Virus record (IMG/VR): IMGVR_UViG_3300030330_001768
Coordinates: 1 to 31,129 of that record
DNA from: a virus
Taxonomy: Duplodnaviria > Caudoviricetes
Length of the DNA stretch: 31,129 nucleotides
Direction: 5' to 3' (one strand)
The stretch's first letter is position 1; each line of letters starts with the position of its first letter. Under the pieces are notes generated by a model, which was not told where the DNA came from, did not search any database, and saw nothing but the letters and a program-made list of their open reading frames with translations. Shown here piece by piece: positions 1 to 8,902 of this stretch. Made by a program: the position numbers and the translations under genes.

Positions 1-511
1 CCGTGTGGTCGTACTTTCCGCTTTCCCATTCAGCCGACGTTGGCTCTGGAAAGACTTCGGTGCATTCAAACATTGGCAAGGGAAACAGAGTAGTGCCGCC
101 ACTAACAGGGGCAGGCGAATCAGTACCCAGAACATCATCAGGGTTTCCGTCTTGGTTGGGATCAACTGCTAGATTCGTCAGGTCAGCGGGTGTGAACTCT
201 GGTATGCCTTCATCAACACTGTTTGTGTAATTGACAACACCACCAGGAATGCCGGGTGATGACTGCGGCAGTGGAACCACATCCAACATCTGCACACGGT
301 TTGTGCCAAGACCACCGCCACCATTCTCAGGCGTTGCCTTCTTTGTGCCAAGCCTTCTGCCACCACGCTGGCGATCTTCGTCAATGTCGTAAGACAACAC
401 GTTCTTAGCGTCGGTTGTCGTTCGTTCCGGCTGTTGGTCGTGCGGCCTAGACTCGAATACCCCATTGACTGGGAACGGCATGTTTACGTCTTGCTTGTTT
501 GACTCTGGCAT
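1..511 (-). CDS. Truncated gene running off the left edge; probable tail nozzle / tail tubular protein B-like
   Basis: Not in the ORF track. ATG at 511 overlaps the upstream stop (TGATG). Frame is open to the window edge: MPESNKQDVNMPFPVNGVFESRPHDQQPERTTTDAKNVLSYDIDEDRQRGGRRLG... Function inferred from position after the adaptor. Confidence 0.6.
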   Translation of the reverse strand, partial: MPESNKQDVNMPFPVNGVFESRPHDQQPERTTTDAKNVLSYDIDEDRQRGGRRLGTKKATPENGGGGLGTNRVQMLDVVPLPQSSPGIPGGVVNYTNSVDEGIPEFTPADLTNLAVDPNQDGNPDDVLGTDSPAPVSGGTTLFPLPMFECTEVFPEPTSAEWESGKYDHT

Positions 512-897
512 CAGACAACGTCTCTCGTTCTGAGGAACAGGTACACACGATCCGTGCTGGTCGTGTTAGCCCCAGTAAATTCCAGTTTCACTGTTTCACT
601 GTTGCTCAGGTCAAGACCGTATTCCTCATAGGTCCAGACCGCAGACTCGCCAGCATTCAGTACCACTTCGTCCATCTGGTACTCAGTGCTGCCGTCTACC
701 AGAATCAGTTTGACCGTGTACGTTCCCTGTGCGCCGCTCTTGACACATGCCATAGCCCCGAAGAACTGTCGCATCTTTACTGAGCGTTGCTTGGATGGCG
801 TACTGTCTGCCAGCCCCTGTGTCACCTGTGTAGATGCGGACAGCGACAAGCCAGGACCGATAGCGGACTTTACTGTTCGGTAATTCTTAAACATCAT
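511..897 (-). CDS. Hypothetical virion structural protein (128 aa)
   Basis: ATGA-coupled to the upstream gene; beta-rich composition; late operon position. Confidence 0.6.
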   Translation of the reverse strand: MMFKNYRTVKSAIGPGLSLSASTQVTQGLADSTPSKQRSVKMRQFFGAMACVKSGAQGTYTVKLILVDGSTEYQMDEVVLNAGESAVWTYEEYGLDLSNSETVKLEFTGANTTSTDRVYLFLRTRDVV

Positions 898-1598
898 GAC
901 GGGTCTTCAATAGCATTGAACGGCAATCGACCGGCTTCGCGGTTACGTCCAACCATGCCGCCGCGTATGGATCCGTAGGTGTTCTGGATCATCCCGTCCT
1001 GTACCGCTACACGCTGGAACATGGGAGACATTTCTACTTCAATAAGACGCTGTGCCATGCCTTCTTCTTCGTAGCCCTGTGCAAACGCACGGACATGAAA
1101 AATCAGCAACGCTTCAGCAAACGGTGGAACCTGAGCAATATCGTCATCGGCAGCCAGTTCGGACCACGACGCGCGGTACGCCAACGTGATGTTGTCTTCC
1201 GCTGTCGGGGTTGGTGCAATCTCCAAGCGTGGGTACTGCTGGTCACCTTCTGCATACGGCTCTGGCCACACAACTGTCGCGTAGTAGTGCGCGCCCGTCG
1301 AGATGTCGCCGTTGCGAACCATCAAGACATGGTCGTAGGTGGTCAACTGAATGCTGTCATTCAGGCCATCTTCCATTCGTACAGAAATGATCTCACCCAT
1401 ATCGCCGGGCAACGTCACAAAGGAATCGTTGGCGGCAATTTGAATAGTTGTCGTTGGACGATCCCTGAACTTCCATCCGTGAGTGAACATGTGGCGACCG
1501 GCCTGGTTGATGATATCTACTTCAGACAACTGGTCTGAAGGAGTACCGCCAAGCGCGTGTTGCACATGTGTCTTGAGATTAGCAAGTGTAAGTGGCAT
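894..1598 (-). CDS. Head-tail adaptor / tail tubular protein A-like (234 aa)
   Basis: Pattern 'TLANLK...IINQA...WKF...TLPGD...LEIAPTP...ITLAY' is typical of podoviral adaptors; position after the capsid genes. Confidence 0.7.
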   Translation of the reverse strand: MPLTLANLKTHVQHALGGTPSDQLSEVDIINQAGRHMFTHGWKFRDRPTTTIQIAANDSFVTLPGDMGEIISVRMEDGLNDSIQLTTYDHVLMVRNGDISTGAHYYATVVWPEPYAEGDQQYPRLEIAPTPTAEDNITLAYRASWSELAADDDIAQVPPFAEALLIFHVRAFAQGYEEEGMAQRLIEVEMSPMFQRVAVQDGMIQNTYGSIRGGMVGRNREAGRLPFNAIEDPS

Positions 1599-2083
1599 CA
1601 GGTCACCGCAAACACGCGAACCAGAGCCGCGCCCGAAGCATAGAACTCGATTCGATCAATGGTGTCCGCAGCCCAAGTAGATTCCCAGGTGTCGATCTCT
1701 GTACCGTGGTTGGACTCGTTGAACGTGCCAGCCATGTCGCCCATGTTGCGGGAGTCATCGGTGGAGAGATAGAAGGGGATGCCAGCCTTGAGCTTGATGC
1801 AGAAAGCGTTCTGAATGTTGCTGCTGGAAAGCGTGCCACCTTCGTTGCACATAAGTTGGATTTCAGCGTCTACGTTGCTTTCGATCCAGATGAAATCAAA
1901 GTCAGTCATCAGGGTGTCTGACCAGATTTCCTTCAGGGTCGTTGATCCGATGCTATAGGTTCGGTCGAAGACTTCGTCGGTTCCTGCGGCGACTGTAACC
2001 GCCGTCGATGTGGAACCATCTGAGTAAGTGTTGCCTCGTCCATCCGTGTAGGTGAACTTGGCGTAAATAGATACGTTTGGCAT
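1598..2083 (-). CDS. Hypothetical structural protein (161 aa)
   Basis: GGAG upstream; TGATG coupling to the next gene; acidic, Thr-rich. Confidence 0.6.
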   Translation of the reverse strand: MPNVSIYAKFTYTDGRGNTYSDGSTSTAVTVAAGTDEVFDRTYSIGSTTLKEIWSDTLMTDFDFIWIESNVDAEIQLMCNEGGTLSSSNIQNAFCIKLKAGIPFYLSTDDSRNMGDMAGTFNESNHGTEIDTWESTWAADTIDRIEFYASGAALVRVFAVT

Positions 2084-2101
2084 TTCAAGAAAACTCCAGT
2101 A

Positions 2102-2140
2102 AAGGGTAAAGGCTCCCCGCCCGCGTGAACGAACGGAGAG
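2102..2140 (-). terminator. Possible weak terminator / stem-loop
   Basis: Minus strand CTCTCCGTTCG-TTCACG-CGGGCGGGGAG (11-bp stem with G-U pairs) followed by CCTTTACCCTTT. Confidence 0.35.
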
Positions 2141-2184
2141 TGGGAAAGTGTTACGGGTTTGACCTTGTGTGAGGTCATGGGTTA

Positions 2185-2631
2185 TCAGGCAATCGTTGGG
2201 ACATCTTGTGACATTACAACGCCGGTGGTATACCAGTGCGTGCCGTCACAAACAAAGGTGACATCAGTACCAACTTCTGCGTCTACAAACGTCCAAGTGT
2301 CTTCAGAACTAAATGGTGCTTGCACTGACACATTGTCAGCATTTGTGTCAGCGTGAATAACGCCGCCCTTGAACAGTGATGTTGACGCATTAGTAGCAAC
2401 AATCAGATCGTCGCTTCCGTCATCGTCTTTCCACACAATCACTCGATAAGTCAAGCCAACTTGTGGCGTGGGCAATGTCAGAGTGGTGTCTGCACCTGGA
2501 GTTACAAGATCGCAGCAAATTAGCTTTCCGCTGTCTGCTGCTGTCAACGCTACGCTTGCTGTAACTGTCTTAACCAACGTGTGTGTTGATTCATACTTTG
2601 CGATCTCTCGCGTTCGATGTGGACTCGGCAT
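2185..2631 (-). CDS. Capsid decoration / minor virion protein (148 aa)
   Basis: AGGAG RBS; 'LTAADSGK...TLTLP...GLTY...FVCDGTHWY' pattern seen in phage minor structural proteins. Confidence 0.6.
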   Translation of the reverse strand: MPSPHRTREIAKYESTHTLVKTVTASVALTAADSGKLICCDLVTPGADTTLTLPTPQVGLTYRVIVWKDDDGSDDLIVATNASTSLFKGGVIHADTNADNVSVQAPFSSEDTWTFVDAEVGTDVTFVCDGTHWYTTGVVMSQDVPTIA

Positions 2632-2647
2632 GGTTTACTCCTAGCCT

Positions 2648-2681
2648 GTGGGTGTGATTCGCGTGGACCCACTCGCCACGC
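2648..2681 (-). promoter_or_regulatory. Predicted H-type RNA pseudoknot in the leader of 2185..2631
   Basis: GCGTGG-CGA-GTGGGT-CCACGC-GAATCAC-ACCCAC: two interleaved perfect 6-bp stems ending 5 nt before AGGAG. Confidence 0.5.
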
Positions 2682-2684
2682 TTG

Positions 2685-2720
2685 AAAGAACCCCCCAGCG
2701 GCCCGAAGGCCGCCAGGAGG
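2685..2720 (-). terminator. Rho-independent terminator after the capsid genes
   Basis: CCTCCTGGCGGCC-TTCG-GGCCGCTGGGGGG-TTCTTT: GC stem, cUUCGg tetraloop, U-rich tail, just after TGA TAA. Confidence 0.85.
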
Positions 2721-2733
2721 ACAGAAAGGGTTA

Positions 2734-3411
2734 TCACTGACGGTCGCCAACTACGAGAACGTAGTCAACATTTATTACTTCATTCGCACCGCCAACACCC
2801 AAGACCGTAAACGCAACATCAAGTGCTACTCCGGTTGGAATGTTGGTTGTGTGTGTGGCAACTTTCTCGCCATCCACGAAGTATCGAATGTTTCCGTTGC
2901 CGTCGTACTCAAACGACAGAACACGATAGTCACCATCAGACGCAAATGTTTGCGAACAGGCTGTAGTGGTTTCTGTGCTTGATGCTTCACTGACCGCGTT
3001 AATTGCGCCGCCCGTTCCGACAATATCACGGAAACCAACATGCGAAACAACACCGCCAGCGGGCGCGGTGTCATTGGCTGTAACAAGTCCAACAAGCCAC
3101 TTAGTAGCATCAACGTCTTCATTTGAAATGCGACAAGTAAACTGAAGTTTACTGCCAGCAGTCAGTTGAAACGGCGCGCCGTTAGTGTAGATACCTTTTT
3201 CAGTTGTGGTATCACTTGTCAAACTCATGATGCCGTTTACTTCTGCGAGTGGTACAGCAATACCGGCTGATGTTTCAAGCCAGTTACCTTCATCGGCAGT
3301 GTTGCTAACCGATGTGCAAACAAAGTCATCCCACAGAACAACAGGCATGTCAGCCGCTTGGCCGGGCTTGTTAACTGGGGGGAGGAATGGAATACTCAGA
3401 GCCATTGTCAT
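2734..3411 (-). CDS. Capsid-associated protein, possibly concanavalin A/LamG-like beta-sandwich (225 aa)
   Basis: Directly follows the major capsid gene; 'WDDF' and 'YRVLSFEYDG..IRYFVDGEKVATHTTNIP' pattern; AGGAG RBS. Confidence 0.6.
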   Translation of the reverse strand: MTMALSIPFLPPVNKPGQAADMPVVLWDDFVCTSVSNTADEGNWLETSAGIAVPLAEVNGIMSLTSDTTTEKGIYTNGAPFQLTAGSKLQFTCRISNEDVDATKWLVGLVTANDTAPAGGVVSHVGFRDIVGTGGAINAVSEASSTETTTACSQTFASDGDYRVLSFEYDGNGNIRYFVDGEKVATHTTNIPTGVALDVAFTVLGVGGANEVINVDYVLVVGDRQ

Positions 3412-3448
3412 TTACTCCTGAACTGAGTGTTTAAATTAGTCACGCTAC

Positions 3449-4606
3449 TCACGCACCGGGAGCAACGATGCCCTGACGCTGACGCGACGAGCAGAACATG
3501 TTCCACCAACAATCAACCGGCTGAACGTGAGTGAACGGCTGGTTGGGATGCTGCATAACGTCGTGCTTGAAGAAGTAACGACGGGAGTGGAATACGGGGG
3601 TCAGGTAGTTAGCGTTGACCCAGTAGTAACGGTTACCTGGAGTGGTAGCCGACGCTTCAACAGCACCAGTGCTACCATCGTTGTAGATCGCAGCGGAGTC
3701 CAACTTGCTGATATACATGACATCAATGCCACTGTATTGCGGGTTGTTGTACGCAGGATCCTGACGGTTTACCAGCGTATCGTTGGCATCGCGGAGCATT
3801 CTCTTGTAGAGGTTGATGCCACTGCGGGAGGCAGCGATAAACTGACGGGACAGGTTTGGAGACTCGAAGTATTCCTGCTTGGTCGCTGGTGGGATGAACT
3901 GAACCTTCAGGAACATTTCATCGAACGCATCGAGCAGGCCGTCGTTGTCGCCGTCGCTGTCATCAGGATCGTTGTAGTCGTAGTTCGACACCTGGTTGTT
4001 GTATTTGCTACCGGCTACGGAGATGTCGAGACCCTGAAGGGTGTCGGATCCGAAGTTCCAGTGAGCAGCACCACTGTTGTCCTCGTGGATGAACGCAGGA
4101 ATCGAGTAAGGAACCTTACCCGTTGTTGATTCCATGTCGGTCGTACCAGAGTCAGCAGGGAGTCGCCAGAGGTCGGCTTCCATACCGTTCATGATCGAGG
4201 TCCAGAGACGCTGCTCCTTGAGCCGCTTGAGTCGCTTGTAAACGACCTTCTGCGCGTCGCGGGACAGACCATCACCAACCTGAAGTTCGATCTCCTGGTC
4301 GGTCCATGACAGGTGGTCGATGGAGAATCGCCAGTCGATCTCCAGATTCGTTGCCACCTCTGGATTCGTCCAAGTGAACGTATCGTTTGGCTGATAGTGG
4401 TCGTAGGTGTTGTTCTCATCCAACATGAGGGTGTCACGGATCGTGCTACCACCTTGGATGACGGTGTCCATTCCCTTGCCCTTGAGCATACGGGAAAGGA
4501 GGTAAGTGTTCTCGACGGCTTCGTTGACTACCTGCTCAGCACTCGTGAGGTAACGAGGGCCAGTCAGGTTCATGAAGTCGTTGAAATTGCTAAGGGCAGT
4601 ACCCAT
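3449..4606 (-). CDS. Major capsid protein (385 aa)
   Basis: Size, position after portal and scaffold, downstream terminator; 'GGSTI...WRF...SWTDQEI' and 'YWVNANYL...MFCSSRQRQG' resemble podoviral HK97-fold capsid proteins. Confidence 0.85.
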   Translation of the reverse strand: MGTALSNFNDFMNLTGPRYLTSAEQVVNEAVENTYLLSRMLKGKGMDTVIQGGSTIRDTLMLDENNTYDHYQPNDTFTWTNPEVATNLEIDWRFSIDHLSWTDQEIELQVGDGLSRDAQKVVYKRLKRLKEQRLWTSIMNGMEADLWRLPADSGTTDMESTTGKVPYSIPAFIHEDNSGAAHWNFGSDTLQGLDISVAGSKYNNQVSNYDYNDPDDSDGDNDGLLDAFDEMFLKVQFIPPATKQEYFESPNLSRQFIAASRSGINLYKRMLRDANDTLVNRQDPAYNNPQYSGIDVMYISKLDSAAIYNDGSTGAVEASATTPGNRYYWVNANYLTPVFHSRRYFFKHDVMQHPNQPFTHVQPVDCWWNMFCSSRQRQGIVAPGA

Positions 4607-4618
4607 TAGTCACTCCAA

Positions 4619-5671
4619 TCAAGATTTGAATTGCTTGGCAATTTCGTCTTGAGTCATGCCACTCATCAACGATTCCAGCACCTGATCGTCACGGTCATCT
4701 ACCGTTCGCGGTCGGGTAGCGGTCGAGGCCGTACTCCGTCGCTTGGGCTGACCAGCCGATTTGGCTTGGTTGATCTTCGTGGCCTTGTCTCCAGACTCCA
4801 CTGCGTCTGCAAGAGTTATACGCGCTGCGTCGAGCATGACATCTGAGTATGTGTTGTATTGGCCGGTTTGGACCAGTGACCTCATCTTCTCTTGGACCTG
4901 CTCATACGCTTTGTCTTCCGCCAACTGCGGGAACCGTTCCTGCAACTGTGATCGAACGGAAGACAGTTCTTTCTGCTCCACCATCTGAGATAGTTGGAAC
5001 AACCGCATTTCTTGTTGCTGCATGATTCGCTGCATACCCATTGCCATTGATTGGATGGGCTGCATCACAGCGTTTGCGGCTTCGTCGCCAAAGATGTCTG
5101 CAATCTGGGCGCGTTGCGTTTCCATTGAGGCTTGCATCGTGGGTTGAGCTTCGGCCTGCGGTGTGTTACCGCCTTGGTCTTCGCCCTCCGTCTGCTTACC
5201 TTCTTGGTGCGTTGCTTCCAGTTTGGATTTCAAATCGGCATGTTCTTGGGAGAACCTGTCGCCATCTGCCTGGACCTTGGCACGCTTCAGTCCCCAGTCA
5301 ACAAAGCGATCTGGGTTTCTGTCGTACTCCTCGTCCAAGATATGGCGGGGTGTCCCGTCCCTGAGTAGCGCGGCCAATGCACGCTCGTAGTCAGTACCAC
5401 GGTTGTCCGCAGTCGGCTCTGGCTCTGACTTTTCGGCTTGCGTAGGAGCCTCATCCATGACCACTGTTTCAGTTGGTTCTTCGGATGGTTGAGCGTCCTC
5501 TTGCTCTGCCATGACACCAAGCAGGGTGTTCAATACATTGTCATCGCCCTTGGCCCCGGCTGTTTCCAGGCCCTCCGGCAATGGCATATCTTCCGTGACC
5601 TGCTCAGCCACTTGTTCGATTGCCTCTGTTGTTTCAGTTGCTTCGACTTCGTTGATTGTTTCGTCGCTCAT
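4619..5671 (-). CDS. Capsid scaffolding protein (350 aa)
   Basis: Highly acidic, helical/disordered; lies between portal and capsid genes; GGAG RBS. Confidence 0.75.
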   Translation of the reverse strand: MSDETINEVEATETTEAIEQVAEQVTEDMPLPEGLETAGAKGDDNVLNTLLGVMAEQEDAQPSEEPTETVVMDEAPTQAEKSEPEPTADNRGTDYERALAALLRDGTPRHILDEEYDRNPDRFVDWGLKRAKVQADGDRFSQEHADLKSKLEATHQEGKQTEGEDQGGNTPQAEAQPTMQASMETQRAQIADIFGDEAANAVMQPIQSMAMGMQRIMQQQEMRLFQLSQMVEQKELSSVRSQLQERFPQLAEDKAYEQVQEKMRSLVQTGQYNTYSDVMLDAARITLADAVESGDKATKINQAKSAGQPKRRSTASTATRPRTVDDRDDQVLESLMSGMTQDEIAKQFKS

Positions 5672-5703
5672 GTTGTTCTCCGGGGTTGACCTTCTCAGGC
5701 TCC

Positions 5704-6003
5704 CTAATCCTTTTCCATATCATGACGGGCGGCTACGTCCCGCTCATGCGCTTGCGAACGAATAATTGGTTGTCCCTGCTTGTTGCAATCTGCCCCCTCC
5801 AGATTCCTGGGCAACGAGCGAGAAACATACGGGTACTTGTGTGTCTTTCTGGCTATGCCTGCGGTATCCAAGACAAACGATGCCACACGGGTCAGCGTCT
5901 TGCCGTCCCCCTCCACGGTGTCGCCGATGCTTGGTACTTCCGACGCATTGAAGAACAACTCGTGTTCCTCTCCGTTCTGATCTACAAAGGCATAAATAGG
6001 CAT
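5704..6003 (-). CDS. FmdB-like small protein lacking the usual CxxC pairs
   Basis: MPIYAF start typical of post-portal FmdB-like genes; TGATG coupling to portal. Confidence 0.55.
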   Translation of the reverse strand: MPIYAFVDQNGEEHELFFNASEVPSIGDTVEGDGKTLTRVASFVLDTAGIARKTHKYPYVSRSLPRNLEGADCNKQGQPIIRSQAHERDVAARHDMEKD

Positions 6004-7739
6004 CACATACCCAAGGCCATCTTGGCCCTCTCCGCTGTTGTGGATGATGGTCCGCCCGCAACGTCAGCCTGCTGCTGCTGCTGTGCTGCTTGTTGCTGGG
6101 CCTGAAGGAATTGCTGCATTGCTTGTTTGTCGATGAGTTCGCCCAACTCCGGCATGTTCATCGCGTCACCGACAATCTTCAGCAGTGAGTCCCAGTCGAG
6201 GAACGGCATCTGCATCATCATCGGTGCGGACTGTGTCACGATCTGAAGAGTCTCCATTGCCCGCTTCTGCATCAGGGCTTCGTTGGTTCTCTCCATTGAG
6301 TAGGCTTCGACTTCCATCTCAAGGTCTTCAAACCTCTCGCCTGTCATCATTGACTGGACACCGCCGATCCACCAAGGCTCTGGTTGACCCATCGCCTCGG
6401 CGGCCTCCACGCCAATGGGAAACGCCACTCGTTCATCGTGGTACATGAACCAAGCAGCCTTCCTGATTGCTGAGTTGACAGCATCAATGAACTGTCGCCG
6501 GATGTATGCGAACCGCATGGAGCCAGAAGCCTCTGCAATCTGGACCTCCGTAGCAGTAGCATCGCCAGTGACCACACCACGCTGGGCATCCTGAACACCA
6601 CTGTTCCTGTCCAGACGCTCTCTTGCCATCTGGATGTAGCCGATCATCTGCTGCGTGACACCACCCAACTCGACCGGAACAATGCTGTCCTTGTCTAGGT
6701 TCTCTACCGGAACAACAAAGTTGTCAGGCGAAGACGCTACGTCTTGAGCAAGCTTCTTGTTCTTGGCATCGACAAACACCATTCGCTTGTATTGGGCGGC
6801 TGCCCGTTGTGCAGCAATGACATGCTCGTTGAGGTCATCAGACTGCCCCGCAACTGCCACCAGTGGTGAGAGTGGGAAGGAGTTGTCTGGCACACAGTAC
6901 GCACCGAACATTGTGTAGGGCCCACTTGGTGGTCCGTAGTACGGTCGCGGCTCTCGCAGGTAATCGACCTTGATCTCGTCGCCAGTCCCCTGTGCCATCG
7001 AGATCGTGTAGATCGTTCCATTGAATCCTTCCCGTGGCCCCAACTCATCGTCGTGCTGAATCTCTGGAACCCATACCTCGTAGCCAAGGATCTCCTTGCG
7101 TGTCGGTGCGTTCGTCTCGTTGTCGCGGTAGTTGTCAACGTCAACGTCATCGCCAATGGACTCGATAAACTCCTTGTTCCAGGTGTCATCGTCCTTGGCC
7201 TCGTCCAGCAGGTCTTCCTTGTCACGAATCCAAACGTGTCCGGCAAACCTCGCTTGCTCAAACGACAACGCCAACGGATCTACAAAGAATCGCTTCGGTG
7301 ACACGCGATAACAGCGTGGCCACTGCGGCGAGTCTGGGTTGGTTTCGTCGTACCCCGGCTGAGTTTCCTGCACCGTCATCATCACGCCGTAGTTCAACAG
7401 CATGTCGTAACCAGCCATCATCAACGGTTGTCGGACATTGGTGTCCTTGGCCCAACGGTTGAGTCCGTGTTCCATCGCCAGTGATGTCATGCGTTGGGAT
7501 ACAGGTCTTCGTGTGCTGACTCGCACCCGTGGGTTGTCGTGAACCAGACGAGGAATCGTCAGCGACAGATACTCGTAGACATGGTTCTCAGGAACATTGT
7601 TTCCCTCGTCAGACATGTCACGATAGGCAGACCCGACGAACTGGCTCACCAAGTCGGTGTACGACTCAAGGTGTGCATCTCGCAGGTCTTCGGCTGCCTG
7701 AATCTCTTCGTATAAATTGGCTGGTGTTGTATCAAGCAT
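6003..7739 (-). CDS. Portal protein (578 aa)
   Basis: Size and synteny; 'RVSPKRFFVDP', 'SGVQDAQRG...ATATEVQI' and Gln-rich C-terminus as in P22-like podoviral portals. Confidence 0.9.
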   Translation of the reverse strand: MLDTTPANLYEEIQAAEDLRDAHLESYTDLVSQFVGSAYRDMSDEGNNVPENHVYEYLSLTIPRLVHDNPRVRVSTRRPVSQRMTSLAMEHGLNRWAKDTNVRQPLMMAGYDMLLNYGVMMTVQETQPGYDETNPDSPQWPRCYRVSPKRFFVDPLALSFEQARFAGHVWIRDKEDLLDEAKDDDTWNKEFIESIGDDVDVDNYRDNETNAPTRKEILGYEVWVPEIQHDDELGPREGFNGTIYTISMAQGTGDEIKVDYLREPRPYYGPPSGPYTMFGAYCVPDNSFPLSPLVAVAGQSDDLNEHVIAAQRAAAQYKRMVFVDAKNKKLAQDVASSPDNFVVPVENLDKDSIVPVELGGVTQQMIGYIQMARERLDRNSGVQDAQRGVVTGDATATEVQIAEASGSMRFAYIRRQFIDAVNSAIRKAAWFMYHDERVAFPIGVEAAEAMGQPEPWWIGGVQSMMTGERFEDLEMEVEAYSMERTNEALMQKRAMETLQIVTQSAPMMMQMPFLDWDSLLKIVGDAMNMPELGELIDKQAMQQFLQAQQQAAQQQQQADVAGGPSSTTAERAKMALGM

Positions 7740-8251
7740 AAGTTATCTACAGAGTCGGTGACCAAGGCTGAAGAAGAGGGCTATTAGGATCGTTAAGCCA
7801 CCAATGGCCTGGGATTCTGGGGTAAACATTTGGGTTTGAAAATGGATCAAGCAGGAGTGGGTTTATTCCACCGTCGTTGGGAGGCGGATCTTGCTGAGTA
7901 GGTGGAGGCGTTGCTTGTGACCCAGGAATAGCAGGCTTCCCCTGCAACCATTCCTTAACCCCTCTACCAAACTGCTCTATTTCATCTCGATGCTGCCAAT
8001 GTTCAAGCAAAGTAGGAATTCGCGGCATGTGCGGATTGTAGTCAGGGTGGTTTGGATGACTTGGATCCTTTGGAATGGGATAGCCATACCCTTGGCTAGA
8101 ACCACTTCGGTTGCCACCCATCGGCGGTCGGCCTTGGTTGAAGCCTGACATAATTAGATTTTGGTACGGATTACCCGCCATGACTATTTCTTCTTCTTAG
8201 ATGCGCTGGCTTCACACGCTTTGAACTGCTGATTAATGTTGTATCAAGCAT
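7725..8251. repeat. 15-bp direct repeat TGTTGTATCAAGCAT (7725-7739, 8237-8251)
   Basis: Exact copy of the first five portal codons (ATG CTT GAT ACA ACA), 512 bp upstream. Confidence 0.9.
7747..8181 (-). CDS. Pro/Gly/Asn-rich low-complexity protein (144 aa)
   Basis: Fills the operon gap in the operon's orientation; shares FNxGRPPMG with 8255..8587. Confidence 0.65.
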   Translation of the reverse strand: MAGNPYQNLIMSGFNQGRPPMGGNRSGSSQGYGYPIPKDPSHPNHPDYNPHMPRIPTLLEHWQHRDEIEQFGRGVKEWLQGKPAIPGSQATPPPTQQDPPPNDGGINPLLLDPFSNPNVYPRIPGHWWLNDPNSPLLQPWSPTL

Positions 8252-8254
8252 GTG

Positions 8255-8587
8255 TTACCCACCCGGCATTGCTGGTGTAAATTTGCCACGCCATGTCCAA
8301 GGATTGTTGGCTATTTGTTGTTGCCACCAATTAAGCATTTGGTCTTCTTGCTGGTTAATCTGATCCTGAATGTCTTGCAACTGGTTCGGATCTGCCTTCT
8401 GTTTCAAAGCGTTACCAAGAACGCCCTGCAAGTAGGCTGGGTTCATAGGCGGCATTGCACGGTTGACAGGCGGCTGGCCCATCGGTGGTCGGCCACCGTT
8501 GAAGCTCATCATCATCGGGTTCATGCCCTGCTGCATGTTCGGCTGCATGTAAGACATCATTGGTTGGATTGGTTCTGGTAGTGTCAT
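8255..8587 (-). CDS. Met/Gln/Pro-rich low-complexity protein (110 aa)
   Basis: Starts immediately after the upstream stop; shares FNxGRPPMG with 7747..8181. Confidence 0.65.
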   Translation of the reverse strand: MTLPEPIQPMMSYMQPNMQQGMNPMMMSFNGGRPPMGQPPVNRAMPPMNPAYLQGVLGNALKQKADPNQLQDIQDQINQQEDQMLNWWQQQIANNPWTWRGKFTPAMPGG

Positions 8588-8588
8588 C

Positions 8589-8789
8589 TCAATATCCAGT
8601 TCGCGGTGAGCGTTTAGTCATGTTCGACCGTTTACGTTTGCTGGTCGTTGATCGTGTCCCAGCACGGGTGTTGGTCTTTGCGGCTCTGAATTTATCCAGA
8701 AATGCGTTGGCCTCAGACTTACGTTTAAAAGTCTTTGACACACCACCAGAATTAGCGGTGTACCCACCGCGAACTTTGTTGACACGCAT
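8589..8789 (-). CDS. Small basic protein (66 aa)
   Basis: K/R-rich; GGAGG upstream; tightly packed. Confidence 0.6.
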   Translation of the reverse strand: MRVNKVRGGYTANSGGVSKTFKRKSEANAFLDKFRAAKTNTRAGTRSTTSKRKRSNMTKRSPRTGY

Positions 8790-8791
8790 TA

Positions 8792-8902
8792 CTACTTCTT
8801 CCTCCGTCGGGATGTAACCTTTTTCTTCTTCTTAGGACTCATCATTCCAGTGCTATTGCTTCTCATTCTACGCTTGCCCGTTGCTTTGCTTCTTCCGCGC
8901 AT
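8792..8902 (-). CDS. Very small basic peptide (36 aa, MRGRSKATGKRRMRSNSTGMMSPKKKKKVTSRRRKK)
   Basis: Below the ORF-track cutoff; AAGGA upstream; stop lies 2 nt before the next ATG. Confidence 0.6.
   Translation of the reverse strand: MRGRSKATGKRRMRSNSTGMMSPKKKKKVTSRRRKK

Noticed and set aside
178-465. 95-aa minus-strand ORF
   Set aside because: Alternate frame of the coupled, edge-truncated gene starting at 511.
2685-2736. Readthrough or frameshift into the pseudoknot extending the 225-aa protein
   Set aside because: Double stop TGA TAA and a terminator precede it; no in-phase slippery heptamer.
8187-8835. 14-bp repeat TTTCTTCTTCTTAG (8187-8200, 8822-8835)
   Set aside because: Low-complexity poly-Lys codons; not independent evidence of a repeat element.
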